A stretch of 63,995 bases of DNA, counting the filler, from Basidiobolus ranarum (lineage: Eukaryota): NCBI GenBank assembly GCA_040143965.1. It is 3 parts of 3 records of this genome, joined end to end, with 100 filler letters (N's around TTAATTAATTAA, not from the genome) between each part and the next. Parts side by side here need not be neighbours in the genome. Positions count along the whole stretch, not along the records: positions 22,547 to 44,941 come from JASJQH010000187.1; 2 more parts are not named here. The stretch is one strand, 5' to 3'. Of the stretch, positions 24,585-38,365 are shown one piece after another (positions within the stretch are counted from its first letter, which is position 1; every line of letters begins with the position of its first letter). The notes under the pieces are model-generated. The model was not told the DNA's origin. It saw nothing but the letters and a program-made list of their open reading frames with translations, and did no database searches. A program made the position numbers and the translations under genes.

Positions 24585-26056
24585 TTAAGGCTGGAATTCA
24601 TCCACCACTTTCTGGAAACTTGCTACACTCTTTGTACACTCCCGTCTTAAATTCTCTCCCTTTGGTGTGCCCCATGCTCCGCTAGCAACCATGTTACGGA
24701 AGTAACGGAAGCAAGCTTCTTCACGGAAGTTTTCATAGATTTTCTTGTTGAGATTACGCTAGTACACAGGATTGAAAGTTAATATAAAAGGAACTATTTG
24801 GCTTAGATAACTAAAATCCTCACTTACCTCAATCTTGCGCGTGGTTAGGGGATAGTCATGATTCTGGTGAATGATGTAGTCGTTAGGAAGGATCCAGTAT
24901 TCAACGCCAGACAAGTAAATCTCATAGAGACAAGCAGCCTTATTTCCGCCATAACCGATGAACCTCTCGTTACACCATGGCACTCCGTCCTTCTTAACAA
25001 TCACATATGGCTCATAGCTATAGTTGTAATCGGTGACCATGTAAGGTTCCTCACTTTGGTACCAGTTGGTGTAGTTGGTAGAGCCATGACCTCGCTGCCA
25101 GCTTTTGTGGAACATATCTATTCTTTCATCCTGTACCAATTCCAATAAATCTTCCTTGGTTTTGGGAAATACTGCGGCATCCCTTCCTTCGTCAAGAACA
25201 TTATACTCGAAGGCAGGTAGAACAATGGCAGCCTGACCGGCTTCTAAACGCTCCATCAACTCCGGGTAGGAATCGAGATTCTTACGGAAATCTGTGCAGA
25301 GATAAAAATCGATATCGAGCAGGAGAAAATAGTCAGTACGACTGAAGAAGCGAGCAACATTTCTCCAGTAATTGAATTGTCTCTCGTATTTGTCAACAAT
25401 CAAATGGACGTCCACATATTGCTTCATCAAGGGATTGGTTTCGTACATTTGAGCCAATCGATCCAGAATCCCATCTTTTCTGTTGTCATCCGATACATGT
25501 AATGCCACTGAAATGGGGCCTAGATAAGATGAACATTTTAGTTAGTGACTCTGGTCTAAGTCTAAGCGCTGTGTTAGTAGAGCTTACCTTTGTAGTTGCG
25601 AACCAATTTTTCAAACACATGGAAGCGATCGGAAGTAATCAGGGTAGCAACAGTGATTTCCTTCTTGGGAGGGGCAGGATCCATTTTGTAATAATACGGA
25701 ATCAAGTTGGTGGGCTGCATGCTTTCAGAAAAGAGTTTGGAGAAAAGATACTGCTGCTCCACTGGCTCTGTCAAAACGAACAAAACAGAAAAGGGAACTG
25801 GTTAGCTCCTGGGAAACAGAAATGAAGGTGGAGCTAGTGTAAACTTACCCTCTGAGTTCGGCCAGTTATGAGGACGAGGAGTCTTGGCCATTGGAAGTTG
25901 GCTGAGATGGCCAGCAGGGTTTCTGGGCGTCACTGTATGCCCTTTCTGACTGTTAGGATCATAAAAGCGATGTAAAATATACACGACTGAGACACAGAGG
26001 TATCCCAAGAATATGTACTTGGCGATCCGGGAAAAGGAGTAGTCCACTCTCATCAT
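24585..26056 (-). CDS. Glycosyltransferase family 49 (LARGE/B4GAT1-like), type II membrane protein; 3 introns
   Basis: N-terminal TM; ITVATLITSDRF..YKGPISVALH; RQFNYWRNVARFFSRTDYFLLLDIDF (DxD); SYEPYVIV..PWCNERFIGYGGNKAAC. Confidence 0.85.
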
Positions 26057-26949
26057 ATTTGCTGGGAAGAGGTTGAGTAGAAATCTAAGTTAAAGGGCTA
26101 GGCTTATGCGGGAGTAAGCTGTGTGTGGGGGGTTTCAAGGCGAACGGGGCGTCGACGCAACGTAAAATATAACTTCACCCGAAAATTTACTAAAAATACA
26201 GTGGGAGATGGAACCAACGAGCTTCACACAGTTTGAAAGTCTGGATGAATGTCAACCAGTGGCACAATGAAGTGGGTAAGTGTGGCTTTAAAAGAAAGCT
26301 ATCAAGAAGGAAGCCAGAGGAGGAATACCCAAGTTCACCACGATAATGCGACCCAAATGTTGCAGTTATAGGCAATGGAGAAGGAAGTAACATACCCATC
26401 ACCTATTTAAGTAAAATTAGTAAACTCATGCAGTCGATTTCCAAATGAACGCAGCTGAGTGGATACTAATGGAATTGCTTGAAGCAAATAGTTTATTAGG
26501 ATGTAACCACATAGAGTCTTAATTGGTATAATTGTCCAGCACTAAATGAGTCTCATTTGTAATTAAACCGATCCTATATTTACCCGATATATAGCAGATC
26601 TATATATATGTCTGTCTTACTATGACTCTGGAAAGCAGACTAAAGTGGTTCTGTTTACACAAATAAGCAATGTGATTAGATGCATTATATGGGGAACATC
26701 TCCAACGACAAACAACCGGCATTTGAAGTGCAAGCGGTAACCAGGGTGCTTACTAGAAATGATGGCAAGCAAATGATGTGCTGGAGCTATGGGAGTGATT
26801 CGTGCAAGCTCCTCACATATTACCGTAACTGGCAAAGTCAGACAATGCTCGAGGTCACGGGAAGCCATACGCCCTCAAAGCAACCCCTTGCCCCCACCCT
26901 AACCCTACTAACGAGCAAGCAATCCCTACAATTACTATCGAAAGATTAG

Positions 26950-29900
26950 GGGTAGCTAGGCACTTAAGTGTTACAGATTTAGCTACGTCTGCGTTTGGCA
27001 ATAAAGATATAACATATTCTAGACCAAACACTTTTAGTGAGAGTCTCCAGATAAGCTTATACCAAGTAAAAGAATTTAATGTATTCAATTTACGCTTTTC
27101 TAGCTATATTGCTTCTATAATCCGTCCAGGGCCAACCATGGATGATTTCCACAGCGAAAGTCAATATCGTCTAACCCATTTTAAAACTCTCAGATGTCAC
27201 TCACAAGCGCTGGAGTTTGATGGTGTTGTACACCCAAGCGTTGGATCAATCAGTTACGAAAATTCACTTGGATAACCTAATTTCGGGATCCCGATGGCCT
27301 GGGTACAAAATTAATGTGTGCCACTGAAACTTAATCTTAGAACTGTTGATGGGCAGCTCTTGCTTGGGAATGACCTAAAGATTTCCTTGCGATTGAGTGA
27401 TATTCAGGGCCATTTGATATGGGTCTTAATAACTGATATTAGTGCTACATGAATGGAGCCAATTTCCGTCATGGCTCAACCCTTTTATAGCACCAACAAG
27501 ATCCAAACCGGGTGAGATTCCAAGGAGGTGCATAGTGCTAAATCCTAGGCCACAGGGTTTATTGCGCTCTCGTCACTTTGCTTCCTTTTTTACAGCTTCT
27601 TCTCACTCTCATAGCATAGCGCTAGTTTGATCTTTTAGCCAACATAGGGGCTCTAATCCAAATCCATCTAAATTCGACTACTGCTTTCCCCTTAAGCAGA
27701 AGCAGATGCTTAGGGTAAAACCAATGTTCCGAGACTAATTGCAGTGGCACAATCGTTGACTCATAAGCGCACATAGAGAGCGTACGATGTCCACACTGAT
27801 TCTGGACGACTATTGGTATACAGTAAAGACCAATTCGGAAGTGATGGGGCTTCAGTTATGAGATGTACCTGCAGCTAGATAAGAGTATACACAATGATGA
27901 TTGTATCAACTTCTACAGCTACCCTAGTGGTCGGCTAGAGAGCCAACACTAGCACACCTGTTTCTCGCCCTTGATGGGATGCATCGTACTTGAAGATATT
28001 ACGACTTTGCTCTCCATAATCTCACTTCGATAGATGTTTCCTTTTTGGTCATTCATGTATGTACTATTCCTATGATTCTGAGCTCCCAATCATGGCAGAT
28101 CACATTCTTGGCCAGCGAAATAACGCTATATTCATGGATATTTCGGTGGAAATCTTGTTCCAGTAAGGGTACTTGCCTAGGTGTACAGCCCCAGCATCGA
28201 TACGATTTCATAGTAGTTGCCTCTATTCCAGTACGGATTAATCAAACCTTCAGGTCTCGATCACAGCAAATCAGCAACAGTAGAAACCCAACGAACAGAC
28301 TATTAGGACGGTGCTATGTGAACAGGAATATACTACCAATGAAGTAGCCAGCCAATCAATCGATACATTGATGATTGAGAATGATCCTCTGCTCTGACTG
28401 CTAGTTTAGGTGCTCAACGTCATACTGGACACTAGATGAATTAGAATAGTCATCTTCCCACATTCGCCGCAATAGTTGACTTGGGATTTGAGGACACATG
28501 GGTCTAGTGTAGGAGATATCCATTGATCTCGCCCTAAAGAACCAATGTGTAACCAAACCCTTCCAAAGTGAGCTTCTCTCTTCCTCGTTAATCTCTAATC
28601 ATATGATGTATTTACGCAGCCCATACAACTTTCACTCTTAGATTTTACAATTGAGGGAATAGCCTGCCTTGATAGTACTGCTTCTCGGGCCTAGCCGCTA
28701 CCTACTGGGCCTGCATACCTGCAGTCAAACACGTAATCTACCATTGTTTGATCTACTACAGCTTGATAAAGCACTGGCATGGTCATTTCAGTTGGGCCAT
28801 GGCAATATCCCTATCATGCCTGTTCAGTCAAGTCCTCTAGGCTCTGGTTTGCTTGAAGGAATCTTGACGGGTTCGATATTACCAAATATTCCGCCACTTC
28901 GAGTGCTAGACCATTAGTTGACAGATTCTGACCAGTGTTTTCTCTGAAATACCGCCAACAAACGCCCTACAAAACTACTGAGAATCATCAATAGTTTGAA
29001 TGTCACTGCCCCTGCTAGATGGAGAAACGCCACACCAACCGCAATTCATGTTCATGAGAAACATTGGTTCACTTCATTCGATAACGGCAATTTCCAACCA
29101 TGTATCTTGATATTGGGCCAAATGAATGAAATTCGTTGGTTTCTATCATTAATATATTTCATACATCTCACTTCTTAATTTGGGTTATTTATCTCCTGGA
29201 GATTCATGGCATTCATTGCTTAATCCTTCAATTGACCATCCCCTGACTCTGCCATTCATTTCATTTGATATACGTGGAACACAGCTCCTATAGTGGAAAG
29301 TTGTGTTTCCTGGACGCACGTTTTGTTGCAAATTATCGGTAGAAATTATACATTAGTCAGCCTATCATATCCTGCATAGAGCCCCTTCCCCTCTCCCATA
29401 CATTTTCTTTTGACCAAATAGATTTAGTGTGGAACATCTACCTTAGCAACAAATTAGGGCCCAGCACTGCACTTCCTTAAATATTCGATTTCTTGCTAGC
29501 AACTAATCCACAATAATTCGTTAGTGTAACCTGGTCCTAGTGATCCGTGGGAAGTACCGGTCTCAACCATTTCAAGTGGGAAGAGAGGAGTCTATGAACT
29601 ATCATGAATATTCTATTTGTAAAGGTCCCTTTTTGCCATCTTCACCCCTTTTTCTTCAAGTGGAACTTGGCCTCCCTCCCCAAGGGGTTGTTAGTTCAGC
29701 TAAAACCACAATTGCAATGGCTAGCGGTTCAGCGTTAGGTACATGTACAGTTGCAACATGACCCCAATGGCGGAATCAACTGTAACATACGGACAACCAT
29801 GGGTAGCAACCTGGGTAAAACCAGTATTCGTTGAGAATAAATTATGAGTAGAATCATCGATTGATTGGTAACCAATTTGAGATTGGTTTGGGCTTCTAAA

Positions 29901-30100
29901 AACATTCGAGAGAGCACAGAGTCAACTGTATTTCAGAATTTTAACTCGACCGTTAGTTGGCTTGGAGGTCAAGATCACAGCATCGAAAGAAAGTCCCAAC
30001 CATTTCATAGTAAAAAGGAAGAGTGTGGACACTGCTGCAAAGCGAACAGTAAATACTACAATAAGTATGGTTTATCAACTGCTTAGCTGGCCGAGTTATT
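26950..30100 (-). mobile_element. Probable highly decayed non-LTR (LINE-like) retrotransposon relic
   Basis: No long ORF; minus-strand remnants in LINE order: disrupted CCHC knuckle CYS*FRHWGHVATV-C (29741-29787), LEGFGY..EINGYLL (about 28510-28566), KPCGLGF (about 27540-27565); boundaries approximate. Confidence 0.35.
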
Positions 30101-30930
30101 AAATGAGAACCTTAAATCATTTTGAGGTGCACATACTTGTAAATGGCCTGTATTCTGCATCCACTGGTCTGATCTACATGTATTTAAGCATCCTATTTTC
30201 TCTTAGGCCTATTAATGAAGAAAGTTGTATCATCTGAGAGGATTCGATAAGGCAATATGGATCCAAGTACATTTAGTGTCAGCACAGCCATTGATGACAA
30301 CATTTCGAAAGTCTTTTATGCACCCAACCGGTCAAATGCTCTTGATGCCAGGATAAGGAAACACTATATTGCGGATGCAATAAAGCGAAGTTCCCTTAAA
30401 AATTGCCACTTATTACCTAATCGGATCGGATACCATGGGTGTCTTGTTGAGAGCATAGTGTGAGGGAGTATTCAGGACGGAACTCTATGGAGAATATGCT
30501 GAAATCTTGATCCAGACCAACAAATCATCTCAGCCAGTCTTCATTGACAAGAGTTAAAGAAAAGCTTGAATGCTCTTTGGTTTCAATTCTTCACTCGAAA
30601 GTTCTCTACTCGCTGCGAAAATCCAGGCGAAGTCTGAACGAGAACTATTTATCTTTTATCAATCTTGATTATATGCATGCATTGAGAGATGTTGCGGTAT
30701 CACAGATCAGATCCTGGCAAATAGAATTCTTGTATGGCTGATCTTAACATATTTTACGCATTTCATGGAGTTTCTTTTAATATAGGCTTGTTATGACCAT
30801 TATGAGTGGAAAGTTGAGAAGAACCTTATTCTTTGTCATCTCAATACTAGATCACGTGAGTGAACCGAAGCTCGAATATGTCTAATGACAATCACCGAGG
30901 AATACCGTCATCAAGGCAGTTGAACATATT

Positions 30931-32805
30931 TCAAGGTAAGTTTATTTTCGAACAATATTTGTATAGTTCCGCCGCCTCTTTAACTCTAGAATATTGAACT
31001 AAAAATGGTTGCAACTCGATCACAAATTCCGACAATTCAATCACTTTATTCCGAAGTAAAGACTGAACGAAAACACATACCTACAAGTAGACACTGTTAA
31101 TTATATCGTTTTAAAAGTAACTAGCAAAAATTCAACTTACCAAACGAACCTGTCTATTTTGAACATTGCGGTCTGTCATGGAGTCACAAGAAGATATATG
31201 TCGCTCCAAATACTGATGTAAGAACTCTTGAGGAATTTCACAAGAAGTGGTGAGTCGGTTCACCACCTCCAGTGAATGTAAGGTAGTGATATCGCTCAAA
31301 GCATTCAGATATCTAAATAGTATCAAAATAGATGAAAACAAGAACCTAATGAATAAAATGTGTCCATAAACAAAACATACTCTGCCATTTCTTTGCATTT
31401 CGATAACTGTATCAGGGCTTCAATTACAATAGTTGGATTATTTTCAACCAAAGCTGAGAGGTTATCCGGGGTAAGTCCACTTCGATAAACAAACTTCACG
31501 TCGTTCTCAAACTCTTGTAATATTAACTTGGATGATATTAATAATATGACGTTAATAATCTAGATACAGAAAGATGATTTAAATATCATTTTTGAACCTG
31601 TTGCTCAACCATCGATAATGGCTCCTCGTATGCTTTGGCAAGTAGTTGACACGTATTTTGTTCTTTCTTCGCATCTTCACACATAGTATAATCCCACTCT
31701 AAAGTATGCTCTCCAAAACTTGGATTTAGCCAAAGCAACTGAAATATTTTTGAAAGCAAATGGTTGGTATTTTTAGTTAAGAGAAAGAGAGAAGGATTGA
31801 AACTTCTCAAAAGTAGGTCAAAGTTTAACTACCTCTTCAAAGGCAAAATCCAAAGTTGGGACTTGAATTGTAAATGACTAAATCAGTTAGTATTTTTTGC
31901 GTTCATAAAAAGTTCCAAATAATTTCCATCTCCTAACCTCCCCTTGAAAATTGACATTCTTTTCTCTACGCGATTAATGAAGGTGAGTTTTATCAAATTT
32001 CATTTGTTTCTTATTTGCTAAATCGAGAAAGGTAGTGCATACCTGAATATTTCTGAACTTTCGAGCTCTGCGAACTTCTCCTCTACTTTATTTTCAACGT
32101 TGGGTGCTCGTTTGAGGAGTTCTTTAATTTCCACGGGTAGTGAGGAAAGTAAGTCATCCATATTTACAAGTGACTCTACCTATATTGAAGTAAGGTGTAA
32201 TCTGCAAGATACAAAGGGACAAATAAATTATATATTTTGGCTTAGGTCGATTGCAGAATAAGTGATATTACTCCCGGCAACATATAAATGGTAAATGATA
32301 AAATCGAATTTCTCATTGGTGGACATCAAGCGAGGTATGATCTGAGAATTTCCCAATAAACGGGTTTTGTCTGCTTTAACTTTGTAAATTGTCTGCAAAA
32401 GATGAAGCATAGAAAAGGTAGATGCATCAATACAAAAGCATAGTTGATTCTCTTCTTCAGCCTTAAATTCCGCCAATCTTTCAGTAGCTAAGAAAGGTTA
32501 GAGAATAAGTAATGATGCTTAAATACATTCGTAGTGAGAATAAAGTATATGCCATAAAATAAAAATATGTGGTTGAAAAGCCATACACCAAAGAACACAA
32601 AACGTCCACTTTAAATAGGGCCAGTGCTGAGATGGCTAGAGTTACCACTATCAAGAACTTGGGATATCCGTTATGGCAGAATTGTCTCCCTATATCTACC
32701 TCTGCGACATAAGGCAATCCATCTCTGACTTGAAGGTATAAATACCATACTAATAGCCATTTTCAATCTAACTGATATAATGCCTGGTCTGGAAGATAGT
32801 AGAGT
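30931..32805 (-). CDS. CNOT11: CCR4-NOT subunit CNOT11 (DUF2363); multi-exon, 5' end unresolved
   Basis: GLTPDNLSALVENNP; LHSLEVVNRLTT..PQEFLHQYL..ISSCD..QNRQVRLVCVFVQSLLRNK..YSRVKEAAELYK. Confidence 0.88.
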
Positions 32806-33145
32806 CTAGTCATGTTTTGTGCTGATTTCCACCTGGTGGCGTCTGTGCCAAAGGAACCGCAATAAAGCGCCTAGATCACGGTGTACATATAGTCATTGCC
32901 TTCCAACACAACAATCGTTGCTTGAATACTAGCCCAAGGTGACGGTCAAATTTCGTGACTTTGGAGTTATTTTTCAAGTATCCAACAATTGCATTGATTA
33001 GTAATGAATCAACAATAATGATTTTTTTCGAGTTTATTTTTAACTAAGCAATTCAAAATATCGAATTCGATGGATTGTTTCATTGCCTAGATGGTTTGGT
33101 AAAGCTATCAAGCTTTTAGTAAATCGTGTTACAAATCTCGTTTTC

Positions 33146-34670
33146 ATGGACCAAGAAACTGCAAACACACTATTTGAGAGAGGAGGCTTTCTATTGTTTT
33201 TAGATGCACCAGAGAATCTCGAGTTTGGCATTGACTATAATTCCTGGAACATTGGACCACGGTTCAAAGGAGTCAAACTAATTCCACCGTGGATTCATTT
33301 CGTATATTATAGGTATGATGAGTTCGTGATATGTATACTTGATTATTAACCGATTAAAGTCGTATTTATGAGTGCTAAATAACAATTACTTTTAGTGTAC
33401 AGGACAAGACTAGTCAACAGCATGGGCTGAGATCTGGATTTTTCCATAACTTCGAGGCTGGCAAGGTAGGATAAAAATATATTCAAAGAATACATTTATA
33501 ACTTCTCTAACTTTGTTGAATGTAGATTCTCTTGAAACAGTGGAATCCTCAGATCGAAGATCTGTTTGAAGATTCAGAGCTCGATCCTGACCAAGCCAAT
33601 AGATACAAAGCTGGTAAGGCCATTCCAGATTTCCATTTATCAAATAATACTTTAAATAGGCCAACTTTACTCAAAGGTGACATGCAATGTTGACTTCTTT
33701 CGTTTCAATCCGTCTAGATATAAGATATTTTGATCAATTTATGGGAGCTTATCCCCTCGTTCCCAATGACACATATCAAACCTGGCTACATTTGAGTAAT
33801 TATCTCACTAGAGACTTAATAGAACATCATGTGCCCAATTCTGGTAAAGTGAGTTGTGTAACCGGCTCAGGTGAAGATCAACTCGGAGAAGAAAAAGATG
33901 AAGATGGCCTAGAATTTACTCTAATCGATTTGAAGAAGTCGTTTCCGGAGGGTGCATCTGGAGACCAACTGACCAAGTATAGTCTTGACAAGAGTCATCT
34001 CCTCGAGACTTTGCTTAGCAAAGCTTACAAATCTGGTAAACATTCACTGACTTTACTCCGACCCAAGCAGTTTGCATCTAGAATTCTTACGCCTTTTTAT
34101 GTTTCCCAGATTATGAAAACCTTTTGGGCGAGTTTCAACTCTCTTTTATATGCTTAATACTAGCACAGAATTTCTCCGGTTTTAATCAATGGAAGAAGCT
34201 GATCCATTTAATCTGCAGTAGCAAGGAGACTATTATCAAACGTCCTAAACTTATATTCGATTTCTTAAGTATGTGTTGACTACGACAGTTGCAGATCTCG
34301 TGTAATGATTTTTGTACTTACTCCAGCTAACCATCTCTCTATTTCTTCATGGTAGATGTACTTAAGTTTCAAATGGAAGAGTGTCCTAAAGATTTCTTCA
34401 TTGACGTCATTTCTGAGAACAATTTCCTCGTTCCAACGCTAAGAGTAAGTTATCAACTGGTAAATATCTGATGAAAATGTAGCTGATTCAGTAAATATTC
34501 CCTAGACATTAATACGCAACATCAATGATTCAGACGGCGTCGATACCTCTATCATCTCGATCCTTCATGAGTTTCAGGCATTTGTAAGCCGAAAGTTCGA
34601 TTGGTATCTGACCATTGAAGAGGAAGAAGAGGAAGAAGGTGAGGACGCTCCGGTCATAGTAGAGCTTTAA
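33146..34670 (+). CDS. AAR2: U5 snRNP assembly factor Aar2; 6 introns
   Basis: EFGIDYNSWNIGPRFKGVKLIPP.IHFVYY; LTKYSLDKSHLL; LLGEFQLSFICL..QWKKLIHLICSS; DFFIDV..NFL; acidic tail EDAPVIVEL. Confidence 0.92.
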
Positions 34671-35864
34671 GGTACACATTGACTCTAATTTATCCCAAGT
34701 GGTCACATTGATACTGTATAGAGGGACCACAGCCAAGGAAACTTGGATTTTTGCCACCCTTTCTGAATGTTCGTAGTTAGTGGAGATTTGTTTTTGAATG
34801 AAGAATCCTGATCAGATTTAAATATTCGAATTCATGATTTATTTGCCAATCAATCTCAGAGCTATTATCAAAACCATAAAGCATACAAGCATGTAGTCAA
34901 CTATAGCACTCCTATATAAATCATCTGAATCAACTCATTTCATATTTACTTGCCTCATCTTCAAGTAATCTAGCCCAAGAGTATATTTCTATAGAGATGG
35001 AGAGCAAGCCATTGATTACGCTTTTAGAAGAAACAAAGGCATGTAGCTAAGGGTATAGCTTCAACGGAAGTCCGGGAGTTGTGAGAATGTACTTAGAGCC
35101 CAGGTTGGGTAGTTTTGAAAAACTCCAGAATCTTGGACACTAAAGTGTGTGCTATTTTACAATCCTATTACAACAGTGCGAGTATTTATTAGTGAATGAG
35201 AGATCTAGTTGAATTATTAGTCTAACCATATATTATTATTACACAATGCTCGATTAAGACTGATTCTGTTGAAATGAATCATAGATTGCGTGTGATGCGG
35301 CAGCTAAAGCAATGATTCCAAGAAATACGAAACTGAAACAACGTTGAATGCATGCATTGATTGGAATATTGCATGTATATACACACTGTATAATTAAATC
35401 AAAGCTGGACTTGCAGAAACACTGTTAGTTAAGATTCCTCATGTGGAATTGATTCCCAATTAGTGGTCCAGAATGTGACAACATTTGATTGATGTCATGA
35501 ATCTCATCAGCATCATCAGTATCATCAGCACCACAATACATTGAATGACAATCTGCGCTTGGGATATACCGTATTTCTTCAAAAGTGGCTTATAACCCAT
35601 TTCTATTTTTGGGTAGGTTTATTTATTATTTATTTAAGAATGCAAATGGTTATTCATTACAGCAGGCGCTCTACCGTTAGGCTGGGTCATGAGCCGAGAT
35701 TCATTGGGTATGCAAGATGACAAAGACATGAGGACACGCAATAAGGAAGCTACCAGAGTCACTCCAAAGGCCATTAACTTCAATTAGAAGCTGTTGAATG
35801 ACTCATTGTAATGATGACTCTTATGGTTACTTAAGGTATGTAATTCGCAGTTGCCTTAAGCGCT

Positions 35865-36125
35865 TAGGATCGTGGATGTGCTGGCGGTAATTCCAACCAT
35901 GATGATGAGCAGCTAGTGCATTCTCCGACTGGTGTCCTGTGACGGTACTTTTCGGGACTTGTAGTAGTTATACTGGAATCTAGAGCTGTTGGACTCCCAC
36001 AATAATTTGTGCTATGCTTGTCTACGGGCAAGAAGCCCTTGGTCGAGCTTTTCAGCTTGGATATGCATTTGAAAGGGTTGCGAGCATAATGAGTGCCACC
36101 TCCGGATAACGTCTCATCCAACATA
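35865..36125 (+). pseudogene. Possible decayed amidase-signature family C-terminal fragment
   Basis: Frame-shifted pieces in amidase order: VDVLAVIPT, SAFSDWCPVTVLFG, VGLP, LGYAFERVAS, VPPP; interrupted by stops. Confidence 0.3.
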
Positions 36126-37136
36126 GTTGGTATAGTATATATCACGACAGCTCACAGTATTACCGCTCAATATTTATGACAGGCTGCCCAATATATCCAG
36201 TAGTAGATCTATAACCGAGTTTTTCCGGTTCTAGGAGGTTATGTCCTCTCCAATCTGCATGATTGAAGAAATAGTATTAGTGGCTTTCTGGAACATTGTT
36301 TAGCATACCCACACTTCATAGCTGATCCTTGATGGAATAACACGTAGAATCATCTCTAATTCGAGTATATTTATGGAATCCTATGAGGCCATATCGTAAT
36401 TTCCATCCAGTTGACGCAACCTAGTTAATCCAAAAATGGACCTATTACTCCACATTCCAATGCTCTTGGAAATAAATGAGTATCTTGCACTCCGACAAGG
36501 AGAAACCTTTTCCCACAAGGCTCCAACTGATCGCTAACGTAGTCTGTGCGTAATAGATCCTACAAGTAGGTCTTATATTACTTTCCACCACGTATCTCGA
36601 AATGAAGCCCCCTATTGCTCTCCTCATAGCAGATGTATTTCGGAAACTACATTCAGATATCCCAGGTTTAACAGAAAGGTACTCAACATGTGGAACCAAT
36701 CTTGGTATACTATTATTGTAGCCAACTTGTGTACAATAGAAGTGACCAGCGTGAAGTCATTTGTTTATTGCGAAGACATAGGCTAGGTGCTAGTGTTTTC
36801 ATGTCTAGATCAGTACTGGCATTATATTTTACAAATCAACAAAATTGTAATGACACAGGATGGATACGAAAAAGGCTTGCAATATTTCTGTTTGGCGTTA
36901 CGTTCCCCACCTTCACTCCTAAAACCAATCAATTCAAAACTGAGTCTTTCAATGACAAAGCCGTCAAAGGGCATACCGTCGATGACGCGAAATATTTTTA
37001 AAAGGTAATGTATACGTATTATTGTATTAATTAAGTTCTGTCTCAATTTTCGGGAATGGCAGTTGGTTTACCCTCTCAATATTCATTAGTATAGAGAAGA
37101 CTGCACACGCAAGGAGTAATTTGCGGCATGTATACA

Positions 37137-38365
37137 CTAATACTCATATTCCTGATTTGAAAGGCTGCCTGTGATTTTGATTTTGGGCTTTTCAACCGAT
37201 CCCGGGTCTAATGACATACTTCCAGTATATTGCAGCAACCGATAAGGTATCAGATAGTTGAAGCAACGCAAACAAAATAGAAACATGTTCAGCGGTAGCC
37301 AGATGATTCTTGATATAAATTCCACCAACCAAATCAATGTGCTTTTACTCTTCAGATTAGTTGACCCATTAACCCTGCCCATGCTCAGTTCGATACTGCT
37401 TAATCGCACTTCAAATTCAATCAATTTCGCCTCCTGATACTTCTTCGATACTTGTTCGCGTAGTTCAAACTTTTGGAACCACTTGGTTAACTCGATCAAG
37501 GCTGGTTGTAAGCCCTGCTTAAGCTCACCAACTTCCGATTTGGTGGCCAAAGCTGTACGTAACTGATGAAGCTCGCCCTCTAAGGTTGCTATGCGATTAC
37601 GTAGCTCTTCCACTTCGTTATTGGGGCAACGGACCTCTTCACGCAAACGTAATGCACGATTATTAGCCAGTCCGATCATATGAGAAACAGGTTTGATTCC
37701 AGCAGCGAAAATGAAAATCATGATGTTGAGCTGAGAGAAATATTTGTTGTAATCAGAAAGAAACTGTCTGGAAATTTGTAGTAGATATCCTCCTAATCCT
37801 GGTGAGATCAAGACCAATAGCAGGGAAAGGTTCTCTTGTCGACGCAATTTTCTAATGGCCTCCGAGCGTAAAGCCTCTTGTGTTGAGTTTCCAGGCTGAT
37901 TGGTGTTTTCAATTTGGTTGATTCGACGTTTACGTGCAGCGAAATAAAGCTCCCAAGGGACTAATGAACACTACCCATCAATACAATGGCTTTGATTACC
38001 TCAATTGAATACAACTTACCTTTAATTACGAGGAATAGATAGAACCCAACTAAAGCCAGCAGCATTAGATCGCTCCAGGCTCTGGCATCTCCATGGAACA
38101 CTGATACCACTGGCGGTAAGATGGCAAAAAAGATGGGCCAGCTATGCGTAGAGGTTGAGAAATTCTCCCCGTTGTCTCTTACATGATTTGAACTCGTTCC
38201 CTTTCCTAGATTGGTGGCTCCAGGCCACTTACCAGTCATTGGAGGATCTGGTTCAGCAGAGCTGCCATCCTTCATTTTACCCAGAGTTGAATGTAAAGGC
38301 GAAGGGTTCTTTGGCAAGGGTTTACTCGAAGTCTGTGGCTCAAATATACGAGAATGGGTTGACAT
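37137..38365 (-). CDS. Conserved fungal multi-pass membrane protein with coiled coil, function unknown; 1 intron
   Basis: SWPIFFAILPP..DLMLLALVGFYLFLVIKVPWELY..LRRQENLSLLLVLISPGLGGYLL..NIMIFIFAAGIKPVSHMI, then a heptad-rich segment and a C-terminal hydrophobic helix. Confidence 0.75.

Noticed and set aside
33283-33300. AAR2 IPPW in place of the usual IPPG
   Set aside because: Single substitution; cannot tell a variant from a sequencing error, and the rest of the gene is intact
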